Assembly (NCBI GenBank): GCA_963796965.1
Contig: CAWCNS010000006.1
Span: 352,001 to 416,000 of the forward strand
Source of the DNA: Calditrichia bacterium
Lineage (GTDB): Bacteria > Calditrichota > Calditrichia > JAJRVZ01
Direction of reading: 5' to 3'
Length of the DNA stretch: 64,000 nucleotides
Of the stretch, positions 23,550 to 33,122 are shown piece by piece. How positions within the stretch are numbered: position 1 is the stretch's first letter; every line of letters begins with the position of its first letter. Below the pieces are notes generated by a model, which was not told the DNA's origin, searched no databases, and saw only the letters and a list, made by a program, of their open reading frames with translations. Position numbers and translations under genes: made by a program.

Positions 23550-24563
23550 TTATTTGAATAGTTGCCTGCAAACAGCAAGTATTTTATTTGTAGATGGTAA
23601 TACTTTTTTTTCCATTTCATGTGAATAAGGGATAGTTTTTTCTGTACATATACGAGAATAAGTAACGTTGGATAATCCTGATTCCAAAATTACAGCGGCT
23701 ATTTCTCCAGAGAGACCAAATTCCTTATAATCTTCATCTACTACAACAAGTTTTTTAGATATCTTAACTGATTCATAAATAGTATTTTTATCAAGAGGTG
23801 AGACTGATCTGAGATCAACGATTGTAGAATTAATCCCGTCTTTTTTTAAAATAGATGCAGCATCTACACAATGATGTACACCTACTCCTACGCTGATAAA
23901 AGTTAAATCATTACCATCACCAATTATACGAGCTTTACCAAGAGGAATAGGTTTCCAAACATCAGGTACAGGGCCTTTAAAACCTTCTGTAGGAATCTCA
24001 AATTTAACTGTATTTCTTCCTCCAATACCCATATAATCAAGCCAATAATCGGCTAACAATTTGTGTTCTAAAAATATTACCGGAGTATCATTCAAAATTG
24101 AGGACATAAAAAGACCTCCAGCATCAGCGGGTGTAGATGGTACCACGACACTAAGTCCTGGAATATGAGATAACCATCCCCATAGAGATTGTTGATGTTG
24201 ACCACCATCTCCATAACCTCCACCACAAGCAGCACGAACAACCAATGGAACGTTCCATTTTCCTCCGGAAAAAGTTTCTATTTTTGCTGCATGATTAATT
24301 AATGGATCCATAGCCACCGTAATAAAATCTACCAGCATTACTTCTACTATTGGACGTAATCCGGACATAGCAGCAGAAACAGCAGCGCCCACAAAAGCAC
24401 TTTCACTAATTGGAGTTGATCTCACTCGCTCACGCCCAAAACGCGTGAATAAATTTAATCGGATTGAATGTACATCTTCTCCGAGTATGATAATTCTTTC
24501 ATCATCAGCCATCATTAAAGCAAGCACATCTTCGATGGCTTCAGCAAAGGTCATTTTTTTCAT
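23550..24563 (-). CDS. 2-oxoacid/acetoin dehydrogenase E1 beta subunit
   Basis: LGEDV, TPISES, GLRPIVE, G-x-QHQQS, PVIFLEHK and IVDLRSVSPLD motifs. Confidence 0.9.
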   Translation of the reverse strand: MKKMTFAEAIEDVLALMMADDERIIILGEDVHSIRLNLFTRFGRERVRSTPISESAFVGAAVSAAMSGLRPIVEVMLVDFITVAMDPLINHAAKIETFSGGKWNVPLVVRAACGGGYGDGGQHQQSLWGWLSHIPGLSVVVPSTPADAGGLFMSSILNDTPVIFLEHKLLADYWLDYMGIGGRNTVKFEIPTEGFKGPVPDVWKPIPLGKARIIGDGNDLTFISVGVGVHHCVDAASILKKDGINSTIVDLRSVSPLDKNTIYESVKISKKLVVVDEDYKEFGLSGEIAAVILESGLSNVTYSRICTEKTIPYSHEMEKKVLPSTNKILAVCRQLFK

Positions 24564-24569
24564 ATTCTT

Positions 24570-25592
24570 TTAATATTCTGCTTTTATGGAATTCTCGACA
24601 ATAACTTCTATTTCATTTTTAATACTCTTTTCCAATTTAAAAAGTTTGTCTTGATTATCTAATAATCTTTTACGCATGATAACAAGCGGATCCTTTTTCT
24701 GTGATAATTCTTCTTTAAGTGTTGTGCCAATGACAGAGTAAATCTCTTCAAGACTCTTTGCTCTTTCCCTTACAGTCGTTCCTATTCTTTTAGTCAAAGA
24801 TTTTACAAGTGGGAAGACCCGGCCTAAATTTTCTTTTATGGGATGTCGAAATTGTCTTAAAATCGGATCACCCAAAAAATGTCCCTCAAAATGAACACAA
24901 TGGGCATGCAAAAAATAAGGGCCTTCTCCATTCCGTAATTTATCAAGTATTGTTTTTACATGTTCCCATATGAGTTCTACATCTGTACCATCAATTTCTT
25001 CAGAAGGCATGCCAAAACTGGCAGCACGCGATGAAATATTACCACCCGTTACATGTGTAGATTTTGTAGTAATTGCCATATCATTATCTTTACAAATGAA
25101 CAATATAGGTAGTTTCCAGATGACGGCGAGATTTAAGGCTTCCATAAACATACCCTGATTCACAGCACCTTCACCAAAAAAACAGAGAACAATGGAGTTT
25201 GATTTTTTCTGAAGTATTGAGAGAGCAAAACCAATAGCTGTAGGTCCTGAAGCTCCTACTATTCCGGATGAAGCTGCCAATAGATCTTGTGAGAAAAGAT
25301 GCATATGTCCACCCATTCCTCTGCAAAGACCACCTGAATATCCTAAAAATTCTTTCATTAATTCAATTGGATCACAACCCCGAATTAGTAGTGGAGAAGT
25401 TCCCCGATGATCCAATGAGAGTGCATCTCCATCCCTGAGTTGAGACACAATGCCGGCAGAAATTGCTTCTTCACCTATTCCCAGGTGCATTTCACCATAT
25501 ATTTTACCGTCGTTCCAAAATTGCATCACCGCTTCTTCATATAAACGGCTAAAGTACATGAGACGGTAAAGTTGCCATTTATCTACTATCAT
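24570..25592 (-). CDS. 2-oxoacid/acetoin dehydrogenase E1 alpha subunit (TPP-dependent)
   Basis: HLGIGEEA, GMGGHMH, GIVG, the TPP motif GEGAVNQG...DN, and GHxxGDP. Confidence 0.9.
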   Translation of the reverse strand: MIVDKWQLYRLMYFSRLYEEAVMQFWNDGKIYGEMHLGIGEEAISAGIVSQLRDGDALSLDHRGTSPLLIRGCDPIELMKEFLGYSGGLCRGMGGHMHLFSQDLLAASSGIVGASGPTAIGFALSILQKKSNSIVLCFFGEGAVNQGMFMEALNLAVIWKLPILFICKDNDMAITTKSTHVTGGNISSRAASFGMPSEEIDGTDVELIWEHVKTILDKLRNGEGPYFLHAHCVHFEGHFLGDPILRQFRHPIKENLGRVFPLVKSLTKRIGTTVRERAKSLEEIYSVIGTTLKEELSQKKDPLVIMRKRLLDNQDKLFKLEKSIKNEIEVIVENSIKAEY

Positions 25593-25595
25593 GGA

Positions 25596-26117
25596 TTATC
25601 TTCTTTCCGGTTTCGTGGCTATTATTTGAACGACCGATCCTTCTTCTACATGTAACAGGTCCTCATATATATCCCTTACTGTTTCAACAGCATGGGTGAA
25701 AATTAATCCACATAGTTCCTTTGTCAAAGATTTCAGGTCATATAGCAAATCCGGATCTTTGGGTCCACCGGTATTATATTTTAGTTGAAGGGGAGTATAA
25801 GCTTCTAAAAGAAAAGTTCCGCCAGGTTTAAGACCCCTTACAACTTTTTGATGAAGTTGATATCGAATATCCCCTGGTAAATGACATAAGATACTGATAA
25901 TTGTATCCCATTCCTCGCTTTTTATGTCAAACACGGCGAGGACTTTATGACCCAGGGAAGCCAGATAGGTAGCATTCCATCCTTCCTCTTCTGCTAAACA
26001 GAGTACTTTTCCAGGCGAGAAACTATCCACATTTTCTAAAAGAAAATCATTTGGTTTTTTTCCATAAACATATTCTTTATTACTATATCTCTGATTCCAC
26101 ATTTCTGCATTATTCAT
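25596..26117 (-). pseudogene. Class I SAM-dependent methyltransferase (TehB-like) with an in-frame internal deletion
   Basis: WNQRY..YVYGKKPNDFL, LKPGG and TGGPK motifs. Motif I reads LAEEEGWN (family-typical LAEGEGRN), and VLAV runs directly into FDI, skipping about 30 aa including the motif II acidic residue. Confidence 0.65.
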
Positions 26118-26306
26118 TTGTGTTCCATAGTATCTATTTTTATAATTTGTATTGCTTTAACCATATGTTTTCAAAACTATAATTATTGTTAATGTATAAA
26201 CATAAGGATATGACAAATAATTATATAATTAAAACAGTAATAATTTAGAAAATAATTCCGGATAGCCATATGTCCTTATTCTTCAATTGAATATATTTAA
26301 AAGAGT

Positions 26307-26315
26307 TGTGTATAA
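26307..26315. promoter_or_regulatory. DnaA box upstream of rpmH
   Basis: TGTGTATAA, the reverse complement of TTATACACA (fits TTATNCACA), in an AT-rich intergenic region. Confidence 0.55.
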
Positions 26316-26392
26316 TTGAATAACTAAATTTATAGAGTTTAATATAGTAGAGTTAGATAAAAAGGAATAGTAATAATAATATAAAAAGTGCC

Positions 26393-26421
26393 TTGATTCT
26401 TGCCCACCAATGTTGTAAAAT
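26393..26421 (+). promoter_or_regulatory. Sigma-70-type promoter of the rpmH operon
   Basis: TTGATT, 17-bp spacer, TAAAAT; about 50 bp before the rpmH ATG. Confidence 0.55.
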
Positions 26422-26471
26422 TATAAGTTTCGCTTAGAATAATTATAAATACTTAGTAAGGAAATAGAAAA

Positions 26472-26630
26472 ATGAAAAGAACATATCAGCCAAGTAACCG
26501 CAAAAGAAAAAATAAACATGGCTTCCGTGAAAGAATGAGTTCTCAGAGTGGAAGGGCTGTTTTGGCAAGAAGAAGAGCAAAAGGTAGAAAAAAACTGACC
26601 GTGAGTGATGAATACATCCGTTCTGCCTAA
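26472..26630 (+). CDS. rpmH: 50S ribosomal protein L34 (not in the ORF track, 52 aa)
   Basis: Manual translation: [52 protein letters not shown]. Confidence 0.98.
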   Translation: MKRTYQPSNRKRKNKHGFRERMSSQSGRAVLARRRAKGRKKLTVSDEYIRSA

Positions 26631-26946
26631 AATTGTATCTATAAAAAAAAATGCTGAAATAAAAGATCTCTTTGCAAAATCAAAAAAAATCCATACACGC
26701 TATGGATTATTTTTTCTTAGCAAAGAACATCTTTCTGATCAGATTGGTTTTGCCGTTCTAATAAAGAAAAGTGTCGGTAACGCCGTCAGGCGTAATTATT
26801 ATAAACGAATTGTCAGATCTTATTTTCGTAATAATCTAAAATTATTTGTCAATTACGGCAAAGTTTTATTTTTATTCAATTATGAGGGAAAAATTAACTT
26901 TCAAGATCTGAAAGAGGAATTTGATAACCAATTAAATATAATATGA
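26608..26946 (+). CDS. rnpA: Ribonuclease P protein component
   Basis: [18 protein letters not shown] (RNR-like motif); follows rpmH. Confidence 0.88.
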   Translation: MNTSVLPKIVSIKKNAEIKDLFAKSKKIHTRYGLFFLSKEHLSDQIGFAVLIKKSVGNAVRRNYYKRIVRSYFRNNLKLFVNYGKVLFLFNYEGKINFQDLKEEFDNQLNII

Positions 26947-27155
26947 AAACAATATTATTATTGTTGATAAAACTGTACAAAAGCCTGATATCTCCTTTAT
27001 TCCCCCCTCATTGCCGGTTTTATCCCACTTGCTCAGAATATAGTTATCAATCTATTCAGCACCATGGTGTGTTTAAAGGAATGTGGTACAGTCTGGTGCG
27101 TATAAGCAAATGTCATCCTTTACATGAAGGTGGCTTTGATCCGGTAAAAAAATAA
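26943..27155 (+). CDS. yidD: Membrane protein insertion efficiency factor
   Basis: [10 protein letters not shown] and RISKCHP..GGFDPV motifs. Confidence 0.95.
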   Translation: MKTILLLLIKLYKSLISPLFPPHCRFYPTCSEYSYQSIQHHGVFKGMWYSLVRISKCHPLHEGGFDPVKK

Positions 27156-27183
27156 ATTTCAATACAGGAATAGTAAATTAATT

Positions 27184-28936
27184 ATGGATAAAAAATCCCT
27201 ATTAGCAATCGGTATAATAACTGTGGTTATTCTTTTATTACCATCGTATTATGATCTTATTTACGATGAACCAGCCACAGAAAGAATCGTCCAACCCCAG
27301 ATGCCAGTAACGGATCAACCAGTACAGAAAACCACACCGGCTATAAAAGAAAAACCAATCCCTCTTCCGGTTGAAACAAAGACGGAAGAAATCTCTATCA
27401 CAGAATCTTCATTACCAAAATCAGATTTAATTATTGAAGCGCAGGATGTGATTATAACGGAAATTATAACACCCCTGGTTTCTACAAAGATATCCAACCA
27501 GGGAGGGGGAACCTTTGAGTACTGGTATCTGAATGAATATGATACCTGGATGGATACACCAGCAAGAATTGTTGACCCATCATTCAAGAATGGCCCCATG
27601 ATGAGCTTTATAACAAAGAGTGGAGAACGGGTAGATTTAAATGATTATCGTTTTGAAATTGTAGGAACTGTTCCAGGTGAGATTCAATTGGGTGCAGAAG
27701 AATCCTTCACGATTCATTATGAATTAAAAGCAGCAAACACGACAGTAAAAAAGGATATAACTTTTTATGGTAATACTTACCATATTGACTTAAAACTTGA
27801 TATCGTTAATGCGCGAGATCTTCTTCTTAATGATGATTATGAAATCGGCTGGCAGAATGGTTTGCCCTCTAACGAGAAAAATGTGTCTGAGGATTATACA
27901 TACAGTGAAACATATGCCAGTATGGGGGGAGAACTTGAAGGGTTTGAAATAGATTCCGAAGAACGTGTTCGTCCGGTGCCAATGAATGGAACGACCGAAT
28001 GGATTGCCACGCGAACAAAATATTTCCTGGCAGCCATTATTCCTGAACAGGCAAAAACAATTGGTGCTATTTTTGGTGGAGAAGGTGTAAAGGCTGGTGA
28101 AATAATTGAAAGACGTTATGATACATCTTTGATAAGTGCTGTAAGCAATAATAGCATTGAAGATTCATATAAAATATATATGGGCCCGATGGAATACTCA
28201 ATTTTATCTGAGTATAATAATGGTCTTGATGATTTGATTATGAATCATGGTTGGTATGAAACCACCTTCAGGCCGATAAGTTTACTTATACTCAGAGTTT
28301 TTAAATTTTTTCAACTATTTATTCCCAATTACGGCGTCGTGATAATTATTTTTTCGGTATTGGTAAAAATTCTTGTTTATCCACTAACCAAGAAAAGCTA
28401 TAAATCAATGAAGGAGATGAGCCGTGTTCAGCCGTTGTTGGCGGAAATAAAAGAAAAGTATAAAAGTGATCCACAGCGCATGAACAAGGAAACAATGAAG
28501 ACTTTATAAAGAGCATGGTATCAATCCTATGGGTGGATGCATGCCGATGCTTCTGCAGTTGCCTTTATTGGGTGCATTATTTATTGTTTTCCGCTCAACT
28601 ATTCAACTAAGAGGGGCATCTTTTATTCCTGGATGGATTGACGACCTTTCCAGCGCAGATACCATTTTTACTTTACCGTTTTCGTTGCCTATGTATGGGG
28701 ACACATTCAACATATTGCCAATCTTGATGGCTGGAACAATGATTTTTCAATCCAAAATGACTATGCAAGATCCAAAACAAAAGGCAATGGTTTACCTTAT
28801 GCCCATCTTTATGCTATTAATATTCAACCAATTTCCCTCCGGATTAAATCTATACTATACGATGTTTAATCTTTTAACAATTTTACAACAGAAATTTATC
28901 GACACGGACAAAAAAGCTGTAGTACAAAAAAAATAA
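27184..28936 (+). CDS. yidC: Membrane protein insertase YidC; 1-bp insertion at about 28501
   Basis: Large periplasmic domain and NYGVVII...YPLT...SMKEM. Removing A28501 restores [31 protein letters not shown] follows. Confidence 0.95.
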
Positions 28937-28965
28937 ATGTGTCGGGCATCGTAAAATAGATCTAT

Positions 28966-28986
28966 GGGCTCCCCACGGGAGCTTTT
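28966..28986 (+). terminator. Hairpin between yidC and mnmE that overlaps the mnmE ribosome-binding site
   Basis: GGGCTCCC-CAC-GGGAGCTT followed by TT; the mnmE ATG is at 28989. Confidence 0.45.
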
Positions 28987-28988
28987 AT

Positions 28989-30377
28989 ATGAAGAAGACA
29001 ACTGATTTTTCGAGAACCATTATTGCTTTAGCCACGTCCCTGGGATCAGGCAGTATAGCTGTCATCCGAGTTAGCGGACCCGAAGCTATCTCCATCACAA
29101 ACCGTATATTTATAGGTAAAAATTTAAAAGAAACTCAGGCTAATACTATCCAATTTGGAAAGATATCCAGTGCTGAAAAGGAAATTGATCAGGTTTTGGT
29201 TTCAGTCTTTCACGCACCACATTCTTATACCGGTGAAAACTATCTTGAAATTTCCTGCCATGGCAACCCTTTTATAGTAGATGATATAATGGGGGCTTTA
29301 CTTAGCGCCGGGGCAAGCTCGGCAGGTCCGGGTGAATTTACATTGAGATCTTTCTTAAATGGTAAAATAGATCTTTCTCAGGCAGAAGCTGTTTCAGCAA
29401 TTATTCAAGCCAAGTCCCGTGCAGGAATAAAAAACTCTCTGGAACAACTCAACGGAAAACTTGCAAAAGAGATAATAAACCAAAAAGAATTATTAATTGA
29501 TATTATAGGTCTTCTGGAAATTGATTTGGATTTTTCTGAGGATGATATAGACGTGATCAGTCGAAATGATATTATTCTCCGTCTGAACCAGGTCGATGAA
29601 CAATTAATCCACTTTGCCTCCAGTTATAATTATGCGAAGTTTTTAAATGATGGAATTGGATTAACTATTATTGGAGAACCTAATGTCGGGAAATCGACAT
29701 TATTAAATCAAATCTTGGGCGAGAATAGAGCAATAACAAGCCATATCCCAGGTACAACACGTGATACGATTCAGGAAACTATTGTTATTCGGGATATACT
29801 TTTCAGGCTTACTGATACCGCTGGGTTGCGTGATACAAAAAATTCAATTGAGAACGAAGGTATTAAAAGAACAAAAAAGCAAGTAAAACAATCAGATCTA
29901 ATTTTATTAACTGTTGATGCTAGCAAAGAAATATCCATGATTTCACAAACTCTTATCCGAGAGACTATTGATTTTATTAAAAGCCAAATTATTATTGTTG
30001 CCAATAAATCTGATATGGGAATCAAAAATAAATCTACAGATTTTTTAAGGTCTCTTGGCCTACCGATTATAGCCCTGTCAGCTAAGAACGGTAATGGTAT
30101 GCCAAATCTGATCGATGAAGTAATTAACCAGGTTTCCGGGGGATATGAAAAATATTCTGATGAGTTGATTATTACCACTCGGCGGCAAAAAGAAATATTA
30201 GAAAAGTCATCTAATCATATTAAACAAGCGGTGACCTTATTAGAAAGCAATGGCGGTTTTGAATTTGCTTCTGTAGATTTAAGACAGGCTTTGGATGAGT
30301 TGAGTGAGATAACTGGCGAGACAGCATCAGAAGATATTTTGAATAATATCTTTGCTAATTTCTGTATTGGTAAATGA
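28989..30377 (+). CDS. mnmE: tRNA modification GTPase MnmE
   Basis: IRVSG, GEFTLRSFLNGKIDL, GEPNVGKS, GTTRD, DTAG and the C-terminal FCIGK. Confidence 0.98.
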   Translation: MKKTTDFSRTIIALATSLGSGSIAVIRVSGPEAISITNRIFIGKNLKETQANTIQFGKISSAEKEIDQVLVSVFHAPHSYTGENYLEISCHGNPFIVDDIMGALLSAGASSAGPGEFTLRSFLNGKIDLSQAEAVSAIIQAKSRAGIKNSLEQLNGKLAKEIINQKELLIDIIGLLEIDLDFSEDDIDVISRNDIILRLNQVDEQLIHFASSYNYAKFLNDGIGLTIIGEPNVGKSTLLNQILGENRAITSHIPGTTRDTIQETIVIRDILFRLTDTAGLRDTKNSIENEGIKRTKKQVKQSDLILLTVDASKEISMISQTLIRETIDFIKSQIIIVANKSDMGIKNKSTDFLRSLGLPIIALSAKNGNGMPNLIDEVINQVSGGYEKYSDELIITTRRQKEILEKSSNHIKQAVTLLESNGGFEFASVDLRQALDELSEITGETASEDILNNIFANFCIGK

Positions 30378-30479
30378 TATTTCTTTCGCGCAACATTTTA
30401 TTAGATAAAGAGTTTATGGTGCAAATCGTTCTTAATAAAAAATCTACTGATATAGTCAAACTTTAATCAGGTATTTGCA

Positions 30480-31638
30480 ATGCAACTTTTAGATTATTAT
30501 AAAAAAGTCAGAGATGATTCTATGGCTATGGTTAAGCCGCTTAAGGTTGAAGATTTTGTTCCACAGCCCTCATTTTTTGCGAGCCCTCCCAAATGGAACC
30601 TTGCGCATACCTCGTGGTTCTTTGAAGAACTTTTACTCAGCAGATTTAATACCCATTATAAAATCTATCATCCAAAATATAGTTATTTGTTTAATAGTTA
30701 TTACAATTCTTTGGGGGAGCGGGTTCAGAGGCACAGCAGGGGAGACCTAAGCCGTCCAACGGTAAAGGAAATATTTGAGTATAGGAACTATGTTGATAAA
30801 TATATGGAAGAATTTATTTCCACAAATGGTTTCTCGCAGGAGATAAAGGATCTTATTATATTAGGCCTTAACCATGAGCAGCAACACCAGGAATTATTTT
30901 TTACAGATCTGAAATATGCATTTAGTGTAAATCCATTGTTTCCTGCATATGCGGATCGGGCCTTTTGTGAGGAGACTGATTTTGGCGATGACAGTTACCT
31001 TTCGATCGAGGAAGGTTTATATACCATTGGGCACGGGGGCGATGGCTTTTATTTTGACAATGAAAAAAACAGGCATAAGGTTTTTCTACAACCTTATAAA
31101 ATAAGAAATAGCCTTGTTCGAAATGCAGAATTTCTGGACTTTATAGAAAACAATGGATATGAGCGTTTTGAGTTCTGGCATGATGAAGCTCTAGCCTGGA
31201 AAGAAGAAAACAACATCAAACATCCAATGTATTGGAAGAAGGATAATGGCACATGGTTTCAATATACATTAGCCGGCCTTCGAGAAATTAATCCTGATCA
31301 TATTCTCACACATGTAACTTTTTACGAGGCTGCCGCGTTTGCACAATGGAAAAAATTGCGTTTACCAACGGAATTTGAATGGGAAATCAGCTTCTGATAA
31401 AATCAAGTGGGGAAAAAGGTGGGAGTGGACTGAAAGCGCCTATTTGCCCTATCCGGGTTATCAAAAGGCCGACGGTGCCGTGGGTGAATATAATGGAAAG
31501 TTTATGATTAATCAGAAAGTGCTCAGAGGAGCTTCGGTTGTTACACCAGATGGCCATAGCAGGAAAACGTATCGTAACTTCTTTCATCCATCGGTCGGAT
31601 ATCAATTTAATGGTGTCCGCCTGGCTAAATCTGAATAA
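30480..31638 (+). CDS. egtB: Ergothioneine biosynthesis sulfoxide synthase; 1-bp insertion at about 31388
   Basis: [28 protein letters not shown] and RLPTEFEWE, then [13 protein letters not shown]...GEYNGKFM...YRNFF in the next frame. Confidence 0.9.
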
Positions 31639-31655
31639 CCAGGGAGTTAATTCTT

Positions 31656-32607
31656 TTGTCTTCTAGTCTTGCAGATGACACACTTAGGGGTCTGTCTTCG
31701 AATCCAAAATATTTGTTACCAAAGTATTTTTATGACGATAGAGGAAGCCAGATATTTCAAGACATTATGAAAATGCCTGAGTATTATCTGACCAATTGTG
31801 AATTAGAAATATTTATAAATCAAAAAGATAAAATTGCTTGCGCCATATCAGAGCGCAATGCTGTTGTGGATATTATTGAGTTTGGATGTGGAGATGGATA
31901 TAAAACAAAAATTATATTAGAACATCTTTCCCAAAAGGAGATGCAATTTATTTTTATGCCCATCGATATAAGTGCCCATGCCTTAGATGTCCTGGTGGAA
32001 AACCTCCTACAGGTTGTGCCGGAAATGGCAATTGAGCCCAAGAAGGGGGATTATTTTCACATGATGGAGGAAATAAGCAGGTCTTCATCCAACCGCAAAG
32101 TCGTGCTTTTTCTGGGGGCCAATATCGGTAATTATTCACCAGAAGGAGCGGAAGATTTTCTACAGAAGATCGAAGATCTCACTGAAAAAGGAGATAAATT
32201 ACTTATTGGATTTGATCTTATAAAATCACCGGAACTTATTTATAACGCTTATAGTGATCCCCATGGTTATACCCGGGATTTTAATTTAAACCATTTGGAG
32301 CGGTTAAACCGTGAGCTGTTGGCCAACTTTGATATAGATAGTTTTGAACACCACACGGAATATAATCCGTTAACAGGATCAGTAAAAAGCTTATCTGGTT
32401 AGTTCAAAAGCACAAACAGTCAATCTTGGATCATTAAATATAGATATTGAATTTTCAATGTGGGAACCCATATTTATGGAACTTTCCCAAAAATATAATC
32501 CCCAGATGATTGAATTACTAGCTGGAAGACATGGATTTGAAGTCGTGCAAAACTATATGGATGAAAAAAGATACTTTGTTGATTCTCTATGGTTAAAAAT
32601 AAAATAG
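31656..32607 (+). CDS. egtD: L-histidine N-alpha-trimethyltransferase; 1-bp insertion at about 32391
   Basis: KYFYDDRGSQIF, PEYYLT, FLGANIGN and AYSDPHGYT..FNLN. The continuation YLVS...EPIFMELSQKY...DSLW ends at 32607. Confidence 0.9.
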
Positions 32608-33097
32608 CCGATCCGTGTTAGAAAACCACGTTACAGACAGAAAAAAAAGAAGAGCCATACTTTTATTTTTCAGACCCCTGCCTGAAAAAGCGATAAAAAT
32701 TGGCGAATCCCCCAATATACATTCTTAGAACAACTTCAAATAAGAGCAAGCAACGTAAAACCATATAAAACAATAGTTTGGGCCTCCGTCAATGTGGCTG
32801 GATAGCGGTTTTTTAAATTATCTACACAGATGAGATTTTTTAAATATTATACGAATAAATACAGCGATATTATGAAAAGTCTAATCCAGCATAAAGAAAG
32901 GTCATTCGATCTGAATGATTGTACCAATCTAGGATTTTTAATTAGGTTTGAAAAAGCCTTTAATTATCCTCAAATTTACCTCGCTCTTGACTGCATGCAG
33001 GAACGTCAAAACATTTCAATGTATTATGTTCCCATGATGCACGTAGAGATGAAGATGCATAATATAAAATATTAATGGTTTGCAAAGCATAGAAAAA

Positions 33098-33113
33098 TGT
33101 TTCACGTGAAACA
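33098..33113. promoter_or_regulatory. parS centromere-like site (perfect)
   Basis: TGTTTCACGTGAAACA, the canonical 16-bp palindrome. Confidence 0.92.
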
Positions 33114-33122
33114 TGAGGAAGA

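Noticed and set aside
30480..32607. Selenoneine (senABC) or ovothiol pathway
   Set aside because: There is no adjacent selD-like or SenB glycosyltransferase gene and no fused C-terminal methyltransferase; the egtB+egtD pair fits ergothioneine.
32608..33097. ORF 32830-33075 and an isolated TTATCTACA box at 32818-32826
   Set aside because: The ORF has no recognisable features or RBS, and a single one-mismatch DnaA box is expected by chance in AT-rich DNA.
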